From the IMG/VR virus record IMGVR_UViG_3300020460_001010, positions 1 through 64,000 of that record: a DNA stretch of 64,000 bases; one strand, 5' to 3'. This stretch comes from a virus. Taxonomy: Duplodnaviria; Caudoviricetes. The position numbers were made by a program, and so were the translations under genes. Below are positions 10,009 to 20,100 of the stretch, in pieces. Each line of letters starts with the position of its first letter. The first letter of the stretch is position 1. The notes under the pieces were generated by a model. That model ran no database searches, was not told the origin of the DNA, and was given only the letters and a program-made list of their open reading frames with translations.

Positions 10009-13000
10009 GTGGTTATGAAAAAATATCATAAATATGTAAAACAGGCACCTACAAATCTTGATTTCGACTATCCACGGGGGTCTCCAGTCGATGAAAGTAT
10101 GTTTGATATTCTGACGAACGATTCGTCCGAACAAGTGCCACTTGAATTTGGTAGGTCTCCAAAGGATATAATTGAATTTTCTGTATACACTCCAGATAAT
10201 GAAGTTTTACAATCCAGAATTGTAGAACGAGACGATAGTTTTGTTGAGAGAAAATATGATTTCACGGATTATAATGGGGAACGTCGCATTGGTTCAATAA
10301 ATACATTTGACAGAAACTATCAACTATCCGAGGCAGGTGATGTAATTATATCACCTACACACGAACTGCGAGAGTTGGGGTATGTTGATGGTACACATCG
10401 GGTGGGAGTTTCATTTAGAAACGATATTGTTGGTTCTGCCGAATCCACTTCTAAGTTGATGATAACCGACATATCACCGTCTAGGATGGAATTGAAACTT
10501 GTTCCGTCTGGATTAAAAACTACGAAGAAACCATTGGAGGTTTTGTTGAATTTTGAATATGACAATTTTTTCAACAAACGACTATTAGTTGCACACGTAT
10601 ATAACGAAACCTTTAAGTTTATAAAGGGTGCGGGTGTTGAGGCATATATTAATAGAGTTATAGCAGATAATGAGATTGAGTTTTACCATGAATCTATTTT
10701 GGAGATCGTTGAACTATTCGGAATGGACTCACGACAAGACTTTGTCAAAGAATGTGTGGAGTTTCAAGAACAAGTTAACTCCCTGTATTTTAATATTATG
10801 TTGTGGAAATACAATGATGTATTTGCCGAGAATGATTTCGCAAAGGAATACGTGTTGTGTGTAGACCGGGTACTTGATATAAGTTCAAGGTTTGCAAACA
10901 GGTCCAGAGATGAGTCGTTGATAAATCCACACGACACATACCGAAAGACCCTACTTGCACAATATGACTCTGATAGAGTATCCAAAATATATAATGCTAA
11001 GTTTACATCATATTTCACGAATGTATTGAACTTTGCGGACGGAACTATTGTACCATTCGTCAATGTTGTGCGTGGAACGGAAAATGCGGAGGACACACGA
11101 AAACACAGACCTCTGGTTATAAAGTTGATAGACCCACTTTCCACGGATGTGGTCGTAGGAAATAAACTACACATATCAAATGTGGCATACTCGGATGACA
11201 TTATCCAAACCACAGTTTTATACAAACGCACAAAACCTGCAATGTATAAGATGCGAGGTCCGAATTTGTCTTTTACAAGTGGGGGTGGTTCATCTCAATA
11301 TACATTAGATAAACTTGAAAATGCAAAGCATGAGAGAAACCGAAATGCACTGTTGGATTCTACGGATGAATTAACGGAGCCATTGCGGGAACGTCTTGCG
11401 GATATTGAACAAGAGTGGAGAGCAGAGTTATACGGAACACCCCTTGAAATATCGGAAGAAATTGCTAGATATTTTCAGTCTAATATAGAAGAAAAGTATT
11501 TAACCGTTGATTATTCGGATTTTTCAAAGTTTGTTAGATATTCATCTGCGAGGAAACGGTTGGATGTTTTTATATATAAACTTGCCAAGATTTCGGAGTT
11601 TGACAGACAAATGGAACGAATTCGGAGATCGTGGAGGTTGTCAACTCCGGAAAAGTTTAATAGGATGTCATATGACACGCAAATGCAAACATTGCGTATA
11701 GAAAAAAATAAAATGCTAAATGGGTTTGATGGGTATGAGAGATTTTTATATTTTGAAGATATTGTACAACTATCGGAAACTGCAACTACACTGCAAGAAG
11801 AAATTGATGATATACGAAGGGCAGTCGCAAGACGGGGAGAGACACCACAGGATATAGAGAAAATTGCAGAATTGGAGAGACAATTAACTTATGTATATGT
11901 CAGTTGGCCTCGTCAGGATTTTGAGTGTGATAATATCGATGAGTGGTCTGAATTAATAACGGATTATGTGTATGGTGAGGCAGTTATGTATGAAGATTCA
12001 ATATGGATAGTATCTGAAAACGCAACACCAACACCAACTGATATTCCAGGAACGTCGAACGCATGGCAGTTTTTCTGTAAATGTGGTGAATGTGTTGGTA
12101 AAAAAATTCCAATGACCACTGCGTCATATACTTTCTTATCGGCAAGAACATATTACAGACCAGAACCAATTCCACCAACGATGGAGGAGTTTTCAAAAAG
12201 TTCTGCATATTCGTGGTATTCTTTAAAGGCAAAAGAGGCAGATTTCTACGATAAGCACAATGATAACTCGTTGTTAAGTAACACACCTGAGTTTATTACA
12301 CGACAAGAAACCAACTCTGACTATTTTGACTTTTTAAGTTTTATCGGACATCAATTTGATCTAATCCACCTATATGTTGATGGAATTGGTTCAATAAAAC
12401 AACCATTGAATAATCCAGATAAGGGAATTCCCAATGAGATGGTTTCTCACATGCTTAATTATTTTGGAGGTGGATTTGTTGGGTATGATGATGGTGAGGT
12501 AAACGCATTGATGAATCAAGTAACTACCAAGGAGCATATTGAATTCATCAATAAGTTTAAGGACAGAAAAAATATAATTTGGAGACGGATATTAAATAAT
12601 CTTCCCCAAATGCTAAAAGCAATTGGTACGGAACAATCGGTGAGGATTATGTTTAGGTGCTATGGTGTACCAGATTATTTGTTTAGAATACGAGAGTTTG
12701 GTGGGGTTGAATATAATACGGACTTAAGTGATGAGGCGGTTTATAGTTTTGATACATTTGATTATTATTTGAAACTTTCGGAAGAAAATCAATATGTTGA
12801 AGTGGATTGGGGAAACCCGGCATATGAAATTAATTCACTTGAATTTAGATTCGGATTTAATGCGGATGTTATTGATGTTAAAAATAATCCACACATTGTG
12901 GTCGCATCTTCACCTGGTAGGTGGGAGTTTGGTTATGAACCGGTGAATGACAATGTTGAGAAGGTATATGGTAGATTCTACTTTGCCATATACAAGGGAA

Positions 13001-16000
13001 CGGAACTTTATAAAAAGTCGTATTTTAAAGATACTAGTACTGGTAGTCAATGGGTGCATCCATTTGAGAATTCACGATATGATATTCTAATACGAAGGCA
13101 TTCTGGTGAAGATGATTCGGATAGACGTGGACTGCAATTATATGCAAAACGAGTTGAGCAATATGAGGTGGTGTATAATTCATATGCGGAAATGTCAACC
13201 GATGACCATGACTATAAAATGTTTTACGATGGTTCGTCAACATCAACCGTTGTGTTTGGTAATTACAATTATTCTAATTTTATTGGAAGACTTGACAGGT
13301 TCCGGATATACAATCATGTTCTTTCCGAACGCAGATTTGAAAACCACATATTGTTTAATCAGTCTTATGATACAGATGATCCAACCAAAATTGATGAAAC
13401 CTTGATATTTAAGGCGAATTTTGATTTTCCGTATGACTTGCGTTCTTCAGACGATAATAATTATGGTATAATTGAGAACACCGCATTTAGAAAAGACGTA
13501 CCTAAAGTCGCACGGTGTTATAATTTTATAAAGGATGAATACCCATTTGATTTTGCCGGATCTCCAGTTAGACACTATGCAAAATTACCATCATATGGAT
13601 CGCAAGTTTTTAATAATAATAAAATCAGACTGGAAACCCAGGAATTAATTACTCAATTGTCGGTGTCGGATAGGTCAACTTTAAAAAGCAATGACAGACT
13701 TACCGCAGATACAAATACGGTGGGGGTGTATTTTAGTTCAAGTGATTTGATAAACCACGAAATTATACGATTTTTTGGAGATTTCAAATTGGGTGATTAT
13801 ATAGGAACTCCTGAAGATTTATATGAAGGGGTATATGGTGAGTTTAAAAAACTGAGGCATACTTTTTATAGACATGGGTTTGGAAAATTGGACTTTTCCA
13901 CTTATTTGAATATTGTAGAGTCTTATGTCGACCCGTCATTGTTTGACAACATAAAGAAGTTGGTACCTGCACGGAGTAGATTAATATCTGGACTGGTAGT
14001 TGAACCCACACTTCTGGAACGTCCAAAAATAAAGAGACGTCCAATTCAAAATGAAATAGTTCGTCTTGATGATGTCAATTTTAACTTAAAACCGGATTGT
14101 TCTAATTTGGTATCACCTGGGAATCGTAGAAGTTATATAACGGACAACGATCAACAAGAAATAACAGGTTACGATTTTAATGCAATACATACGTCAAGAA
14201 TATCCAATTGGTATCCCTCGGAATTTAATATGAACTCTGTTAAGGACATTCCAAATGAACTTATGTATGGGGTTAGTTCATATCAAGGAGTTTCTGCCGG
14301 GTATAAAATCGAAGCACTATCCCCAACACATTCTCGATATAATATGAGCATGGATTCCCGTAACATATACGGTGCGATAAAGTTGAGTGGAACGATTGTC
14401 GCAGGTTCGAGTTTTAATTGTGTTATGTTCGGTAGACTTGGTTCTGCAATTAAAACCAACCCTGGTATTGAGAAATTTACTGGTTGGATTCATCGTGATA
14501 CAACTATAAATGGTGAAAGACCTATGATATCGGGAGGATATGACGTAAACGGATATGCAGAGTTTTCATATGTTTTTAACGGACACCGAGTCATAGGAAA
14601 ATTACATGGGGATTATGTAGGACAAATACAGGAGGGTGTAATTGCCAAATTTCAAATTCTTGGTAAGTTCGGCGGTCGGGTTTATGATGAGTGTACATCC
14701 GAGTATATATCTGGTTCAATCGCACGTGATTTAATAGAAGTTTCTAAATTTAATAAATCGGCAAATATGACTGGTTATGATAATAGAACTTCGGTGCGGG
14801 TTATAGAATCCACATTCAAGGACGGAGATGTTAATGCAGTTGAAATACCAGAAACTATACAAAAGAAAGTACCTGTTGAAATTGAATACGATACAAAATA
14901 CAAATTGCAAAACATTGATTCCGGTATATCAAGAGTTTCTGGGGAATATACTGGAATTCTTTCGGTGGACGTATCTGCTATTTTTGTTCCACCTGTTATT
15001 GTAACATACTTGGTTACATGGGAACGGGGTATAATTGAATCCAACGCATCCGGTGAACGAACATTCAATACCACAGAAACCCTGCTCAATATAAATCGTT
15101 CAACATACGACTATGTTCATAATATTAAACGCACCGAGTACGATGTCAACTCAATGATCCCCGCAGATAAAATTAAACTGAAACCAAAGTATGTTTCTGA
15201 TGATACTGTTGATAGACGAACCGAGCATGAGAATATATTAAATAGTTTGAAGAATTCTGCGTGTGATCCCACCAAGATTGCCGAATATATGTCTACTCTT
15301 GAAACATTGGAGAATGTCACTCTCAGGTATGAACTAACAGGAGATGCGTATGTAAACGGGTATGATGGTAGTACGTTTTATGTATCGGTCAAACCACCTG
15401 TACATCTTAGTGTTGGGGATAGGGTGTATATGCAAGATGTGACCATGCATTATGATAATTGCAATTATGCTGATTCGTATATAAACTTCAATGACACATA
15501 CTATACAATAACAAAGATAACTCACAACGATTCCACTGGAAATGTTGACATTGAGTTTCCACACGGAAAGACAGACTTTTCAACATCATGTGGAGGAACA
15601 TATTCTCACGGTGGAAGTATTGGGTTGGTACCAGACACATCAACGTCGGAAAGGAATGTTTACGACATTGGTAAGTATGAAATGTATTATGAATACGACA
15701 TTCCTTTTAATTTTGTTCAGAAGTTAAGAACACCTGTAATAGATTCAAACAGAGATGGAATATATGATACACTGCGTGAAGATATACCGTTGTCAATTTC
15801 CGTAGAGAATGGAAATTTTCACGCGACGTGGGTGGACGGAAATCAAGTCAATTCTTCCGGTGATACTGCAACTGGAGAAATTAAACTTGGATTTTCGGAT
15901 GAAACCGATGGTAACGGTGGGAAGAAAGAATCTACCTCGGAGTGGTATTTTGGGAATGATATTAAAACTGAAGATGGGTTGCCCTCGGAAACGTGTAATG

Positions 16001-17802
16001 ATATTTATAGATTGAAGATTGAGGTATGTGTGCATAAACAAGACCACGTGGTTACAAAACCAATGATAATAGATGATGATATTGGTGTGGGGGATGTTGT
16101 TGAGATTGTATTTCGCAAGGGTTCATACCTGTGGCATCCTGATGTTAAGGGTCTTGAGATGATTACTGGTCATGTTACTAGTTTGACCACGGATGCAAAT
16201 TCCAACACAACTCTGTCAATAAAGAATTCTGCAAACGAACTGAATACATTCCAACTCAACGCAACACACATATATAGTGTAAGAATAATTACATCGAGTA
16301 GAACGTCAACTGCGAAGGAGATACCATTTTCAGACACATATTCTGAGACTTTGCGTGGCACATCTCCGGACGAACAACGATACTATCCGGATAAAGATTC
16401 GGTGGAACTTCCTATTAAACTCAAAAGTTCAACATATGTGGTTGTAGAAAAACCTTATGAATTTTATAACATAGTTGATATTGGAAATCCAATGTTTAAG
16501 ATATGGGATGGTACATTTCCACAATATAAAGGAAACCACCGAAATGTTTTCTCACAGGCAAGCAAACGTCGTGGGGATATATATTGCAGAAGATCGGTCA
16601 GTTCAGTCAACACCACGATAAGTGATGATACTGGAACACCAAATCAAACACCTCCTATTGTGCGTACGCGGAAAACTGGAATACAAGACTCCATTGGAGA
16701 CTCCTTTTGGTATTTGGATGACAACCCAATTTCAGACTTGGTTGGGTGTGGAATAGTTGGTCACTCACTACAACAGATAACACCGTCACCCTGCGATCCA
16801 CCGATTACATCAACAACTGCATCGCAGAATGAGACTGTGGACACCACCACACAAGATCCATTTGATTTAGACTCGTTGATGTTACATTATACATTTGAGT
16901 CCGACGACACCACATCTACAATCGTGGATAGTTCTGGAAATGAGAGGACAGGAATATTGCACAATTCTATATTAAGAGACGGAGGGGTCTCTCGTAGATA
17001 TAGAAATGTGTTGGAACTTGACAATGATGTGCGAACCGACTCGGATAATACAAATAGTTATTTGCAGGTAACCGGCACACCATTCACCGCAAATGCCCTC
17101 ACGATTAGTTTTTGGATTCGTCCAATTGGAGTTAGTGGTGACAATGTTGGTATTGTATTAAATAATTCCGAAGAACCAAATTCACGTCACGGTATTATAT
17201 TAAATCCCAATGGAAACCAATACGCACTTGGATATGTGTGGAATGATAATTTAAATTCTCATTCTGTGGACTTGGGTGCAAACTTGACACATGATACTTG
17301 GAGTTATGTGGTGATATTGATGTATCCTGGTGGATTCGTTCGGACCTTTATTAATAATTGGTTCATATCAAACTATGATCTTGGTGTGAACCATCCATCG
17401 GTTTCATTTGATAAACTTGAAATAGGTAGGTTCTCTGGAATGGTGGATGATGTTAGGATATACGATGAAATTCTTGATTATGGAGATGTTGCACTTTCAA
17501 AGCAGGCCAGTGGAATGGTGGAGAGTCTGTATAAGTCAACACGGAACAATCAACCACGAACCGAACGGGATGCAGAGTTCTGTGAGTTAGACCACTACAA
17601 CTTCAGATATTATCAACAACCAGATTTTGTACTTGCGAACTCAATGTATGAATTACATCCAGGATCGGAACCAGTATCTGACCCTGAGGTCGATGCAAAA
17701 CGTAAATTTAAAATAAGAGGTGGTGTAAATGATGGAAGAAATCGCAATGCAACTACTGAATTTATGGGAAGAATTTGTGGAAGTCTAAAAGAGATTAGTT
17801 GA
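10009..17802 (+). CDS. Very large baseplate/tail structural protein (gp7-like wedge candidate) with CBM-like module and C-terminal LamG/concanavalin-like domain
   Basis: WRRILNNLPQMLKAIGTEQSVR..FRCYG and IKKLVPARSRL resemble wedge/tail-I-type motifs; LamG signature LMLHYTFE...TISFWIRP...WSYVVI...FSGMVDDVRIYD at about 16870-17475; start may be ATG 10015. Confidence 0.7.
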   Translation: MVMKKYHKYVKQAPTNLDFDYPRGSPVDESMFDILTNDSSEQVPLEFGRSPKDIIEFSVYTPDNEVLQSRIVERDDSFVERKYDFTDYNGERRIGSINTFDRNYQLSEAGDVIISPTHELRELGYVDGTHRVGVSFRNDIVGSAESTSKLMITDISPSRMELKLVPSGLKTTKKPLEVLLNFEYDNFFNKRLLVAHVYNETFKFIKGAGVEAYINRVIADNEIEFYHESILEIVELFGMDSRQDFVKECVEFQEQVNSLYFNIMLWKYNDVFAENDFAKEYVLCVDRVLDISSRFANRSRDESLINPHDTYRKTLLAQYDSDRVSKIYNAKFTSYFTNVLNFADGTIVPFVNVVRGTENAEDTRKHRPLVIKLIDPLSTDVVVGNKLHISNVAYSDDIIQTTVLYKRTKPAMYKMRGPNLSFTSGGGSSQYTLDKLENAKHERNRNALLDSTDELTEPLRERLADIEQEWRAELYGTPLEISEEIARYFQSNIEEKYLTVDYSDFSKFVRYSSARKRLDVFIYKLAKISEFDRQMERIRRSWRLSTPEKFNRMSYDTQMQTLRIEKNKMLNGFDGYERFLYFEDIVQLSETATTLQEEIDDIRRAVARRGETPQDIEKIAELERQLTYVYVSWPRQDFECDNIDEWSELITDYVYGEAVMYEDSIWIVSENATPTPTDIPGTSNAWQFFCKCGECVGKKIPMTTASYTFLSARTYYRPEPIPPTMEEFSKSSAYSWYSLKAKEADFYDKHNDNSLLSNTPEFITRQETNSDYFDFLSFIGHQFDLIHLYVDGIGSIKQPLNNPDKGIPNEMVSHMLNYFGGGFVGYDDGEVNALMNQVTTKEHIEFINKFKDRKNIIWRRILNNLPQMLKAIGTEQSVRIMFRCYGVPDYLFRIREFGGVEYNTDLSDEAVYSFDTFDYYLKLSEENQYVEVDWGNPAYEINSLEFRFGFNADVIDVKNNPHIVVASSPGRWEFGYEPVNDNVEKVYGRFYFAIYKGTELYKKSYFKDTSTGSQWVHPFENSRYDILIRRHSGEDDSDRRGLQLYAKRVEQYEVVYNSYAEMSTDDHDYKMFYDGSSTSTVVFGNYNYSNFIGRLDRFRIYNHVLSERRFENHILFNQSYDTDDPTKIDETLIFKANFDFPYDLRSSDDNNYGIIENTAFRKDVPKVARCYNFIKDEYPFDFAGSPVRHYAKLPSYGSQVFNNNKIRLETQELITQLSVSDRSTLKSNDRLTADTNTVGVYFSSSDLINHEIIRFFGDFKLGDYIGTPEDLYEGVYGEFKKLRHTFYRHGFGKLDFSTYLNIVESYVDPSLFDNIKKLVPARSRLISGLVVEPTLLERPKIKRRPIQNEIVRLDDVNFNLKPDCSNLVSPGNRRSYITDNDQQEITGYDFNAIHTSRISNWYPSEFNMNSVKDIPNELMYGVSSYQGVSAGYKIEALSPTHSRYNMSMDSRNIYGAIKLSGTIVAGSSFNCVMFGRLGSAIKTNPGIEKFTGWIHRDTTINGERPMISGGYDVNGYAEFSYVFNGHRVIGKLHGDYVGQIQEGVIAKFQILGKFGGRVYDECTSEYISGSIARDLIEVSKFNKSANMTGYDNRTSVRVIESTFKDGDVNAVEIPETIQKKVPVEIEYDTKYKLQNIDSGISRVSGEYTGILSVDVSAIFVPPVIVTYLVTWERGIIESNASGERTFNTTETLLNINRSTYDYVHNIKRTEYDVNSMIPADKIKLKPKYVSDDTVDRRTEHENILNSLKNSACDPTKIAEYMSTLETLENVTLRYELTGDAYVNGYDGSTFYVSVKPPVHLSVGDRVYMQDVTMHYDNCNYADSYINFNDTYYTITKITHNDSTGNVDIEFPHGKTDFSTSCGGTYSHGGSIGLVPDTSTSERNVYDIGKYEMYYEYDIPFNFVQKLRTPVIDSNRDGIYDTLREDIPLSISVENGNFHATWVDGNQVNSSGDTATGEIKLGFSDETDGNGGKKESTSEWYFGNDIKTEDGLPSETCNDIYRLKIEVCVHKQDHVVTKPMIIDDDIGVGDVVEIVFRKGSYLWHPDVKGLEMITGHVTSLTTDANSNTTLSIKNSANELNTFQLNATHIYSVRIITSSRTSTAKEIPFSDTYSETLRGTSPDEQRYYPDKDSVELPIKLKSSTYVVVEKPYEFYNIVDIGNPMFKIWDGTFPQYKGNHRNVFSQASKRRGDIYCRRSVSSVNTTISDDTGTPNQTPPIVRTRKTGIQDSIGDSFWYLDDNPISDLVGCGIVGHSLQQITPSPCDPPITSTTASQNETVDTTTQDPFDLDSLMLHYTFESDDTTSTIVDSSGNERTGILHNSILRDGGVSRRYRNVLELDNDVRTDSDNTNSYLQVTGTPFTANALTISFWIRPIGVSGDNVGIVLNNSEEPNSRHGIILNPNGNQYALGYVWNDNLNSHSVDLGANLTHDTWSYVVILMYPGGFVRTFINNWFISNYDLGVNHPSVSFDKLEIGRFSGMVDDVRIYDEILDYGDVALSKQASGMVESLYKSTRNNQPRTERDAEFCELDHYNFRYYQQPDFVLANSMYELHPGSEPVSDPEVDAKRKFKIRGGVNDGRNRNATTEFMGRICGSLKEIS

Positions 17803-17877
17803 TTTCAGTTAAAAATGTAGTATATAAATATTTATATTGTAAAAAGCAACGGAGTAAAATATATATATTAAAGTGTT

Positions 17878-18540
17878 ATGGGATATCTAAACAACGAAAC
17901 AATCACGGTAGAGGCCGTCTTAACAAAAAGAGGGCGGGAACTTTTGGCATCAGATAGTGGTTTGAATATAACCAGTTTTGCTCTTGCGGACGATGAAATC
18001 GATTATACACTGTATGATCCAAATCATCCAGACGGATCTCAATATTTTGACATGGCACTCCGCAACACTCCGGTGTTTGAACCACTTACGGATGAAACGC
18101 AATCGTTAAAATATAAGTTGGTGACATTACCATCTGGTACAAAACACATTCCAGTGATAAAACTTGGACAACAGAGTATTACATTGGATAAAGACTATAA
18201 TGGTGTTGTTACACTCAACCCAACTACCAACCCTGTATATAATACACGGATGGGATATACTGCGGTTTTGTCAAATCGTGAGGTTGGAACAATAACTGGA
18301 ACTGGAGTTGATGCTTCGGTTGGTGAGAATACTTCAATATTTCTTGGAGACACCGCAAGCACATTTGCTCAAACTGCGGTTGGGTTGTCATTTGAATTTA
18401 GAGTAAACCCATCCATAACACGAAACGTGGGAGCAAATCTAACGGTTATAGGAAACGAAAGTGGTGGGTCTATAACTATACCGGTCAATGTACTTGCTGA
18501 ACCACTTGAAGGGATTTCCGAGAGCGGAAATGTAGGATAA
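17878..18540 (+). CDS. Baseplate/tail structural protein
   Basis: MGYLNNETITVEAVLTKRGRELLA...ITSFALADDEIDY N-terminus; beta-rich C-terminus. Confidence 0.75.
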   Translation: MGYLNNETITVEAVLTKRGRELLASDSGLNITSFALADDEIDYTLYDPNHPDGSQYFDMALRNTPVFEPLTDETQSLKYKLVTLPSGTKHIPVIKLGQQSITLDKDYNGVVTLNPTTNPVYNTRMGYTAVLSNREVGTITGTGVDASVGENTSIFLGDTASTFAQTAVGLSFEFRVNPSITRNVGANLTVIGNESGGSITIPVNVLAEPLEGISESGNVG

Positions 18541-20048
18541 TGATATTTAGGGAACTTGATAGCACAGATAAGGTGGCAGGCAGAGTGACCTCGGTTCATG
18601 GTGGAATGTTCTCAGGTGAACACCCCAGTGAACTTGACAACTTTTATTATGATGAAGATGCACACGCAAACACCCCATTATCCAAACCACACACGTCAAT
18701 GGTGGATGCAATTAATCACATGACGGATAATTGGACAATACCGCAAAAGGAAGATTATTATGCGGATTTATACCACGAAGAGGTGTATATAGGTGGGTTA
18801 TCTAACCAATCCGCAGAACAACAATTTTCCGTAACATATGGACATATTGATGGATATGGTAGTCCTCTGTCACAGGCATTTGATTCCAAGAGTCCAAAAA
18901 TAACGAAGGCAATATATAGTCAATATAAAAATATTCTTTTAAACCCAGACGATAAGAAGTTTACATTTACACAATCGATTTTGAGAAATGATGGAACGCA
19001 TGGTTTTGTGGGATATAATTCAGATTCCATATATGTTATTAATTTCTCAACTGCCCGTATGAAGGAACGTCTTGATGAAGGAAATTTTGTAGTAACTCTG
19101 GGGGTTACCCTCGATGGAACGCAAACTTCCGATGTAAATTATCGTGTATCATTTCAAGATAATAGTGTATTTGGGGCAAGTGTTAACTACATAGCATCAT
19201 CACCTCAGTTTGGAAGAGTGTTTGATTTGGTAAAGGTTGCAAACTCAGACAGATATAATTCTGACTCTGAAGATGTTGCAAGAATGGTAAGCACACCAGA
19301 TAACTTTGTTGATGGTTCTGGAAATGATATTAGATATTGTCCAGAGGCAAATTTAAGTTTCGGTTTGGTATATCCTGACCTTGGGGTTATTGTCTTAAAT
19401 CCGGTGGCAATTGCCGAGCAACTGCAAAAAGGGTTACATCAGGCACTACTGAACAGTCTTGCCGAGAGTGATAATAAAACTTTTCCAGTTGGGTATTCCG
19501 AGGAAGAAAACGAGGGAGCAAAATTTGCATGGTTCGGTGATGTCAACCCCAAGAGTCATAGGTTGGGTAACGTGTCCGCATTCAGTTCACAACGAGAAAA
19601 CCACTCAGATTTGGTGGAAGATCCAAATACATGGAAAAGTTTGGAAGATTTGCGTCCCGCAGGTGGGGATAGAAATTATCAAAATTTTACTAAACTAATC
19701 AAGGCACTTCAGGTGGGCAAACGATTTGAGTGTAGGAACACGGAACTGATCCCATCCAAGCACTATTTTATTAGGATTAAAAATACTGACTTTAATTATA
19801 GTAATAATCCATCATTTGTGTATCAAGGGTATGAGGCAGATATAGAGGCAAAACGTGCAAATGCGTCCAGGGACGATTATATGGGAAGGGTTCGGTTTAA
19901 CGATTTCATAAATGACCCCCGTGTATATATAACTACAATTGGTTTATACAATGAAGATAACGAACTGGTTGCGGTTGCAAAATTGAGCAAACCCATACTA
20001 AAAACATTTGATTCAGAGGCATTGATTAAAGTTAAATTGGACTTTTAG
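18540..20048 (+). CDS. Baseplate/tail structural protein
   Basis: C-terminal YITTIGLYNEDNELVAVAKLSKP motif shared with the next gene. Confidence 0.75.
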   Translation: MIFRELDSTDKVAGRVTSVHGGMFSGEHPSELDNFYYDEDAHANTPLSKPHTSMVDAINHMTDNWTIPQKEDYYADLYHEEVYIGGLSNQSAEQQFSVTYGHIDGYGSPLSQAFDSKSPKITKAIYSQYKNILLNPDDKKFTFTQSILRNDGTHGFVGYNSDSIYVINFSTARMKERLDEGNFVVTLGVTLDGTQTSDVNYRVSFQDNSVFGASVNYIASSPQFGRVFDLVKVANSDRYNSDSEDVARMVSTPDNFVDGSGNDIRYCPEANLSFGLVYPDLGVIVLNPVAIAEQLQKGLHQALLNSLAESDNKTFPVGYSEEENEGAKFAWFGDVNPKSHRLGNVSAFSSQRENHSDLVEDPNTWKSLEDLRPAGGDRNYQNFTKLIKALQVGKRFECRNTELIPSKHYFIRIKNTDFNYSNNPSFVYQGYEADIEAKRANASRDDYMGRVRFNDFINDPRVYITTIGLYNEDNELVAVAKLSKPILKTFDSEALIKVKLDF

Positions 20049-20059
20049 TTGGTTAGTTC

Positions 20060-20080
20060 TGAAAATCGTTTAGATTTTCA
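20060..20080. terminator. Possible hairpin (TGAAAATC-GTTTA-GATTTTCA)
   Basis: 8-bp inverted repeat just after the stop; followed by an A run rather than a U run. Confidence 0.35.
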
Positions 20081-20089
20081 AAAAAAATA

Positions 20090-20097
20090 TATTTATA
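20090..20097 (+). promoter_or_regulatory. TATTTATA putative late promoter, 3 nt before ATG
   Basis: Recurrent motif. Confidence 0.6.
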
Positions 20098-20100
20098 TTT

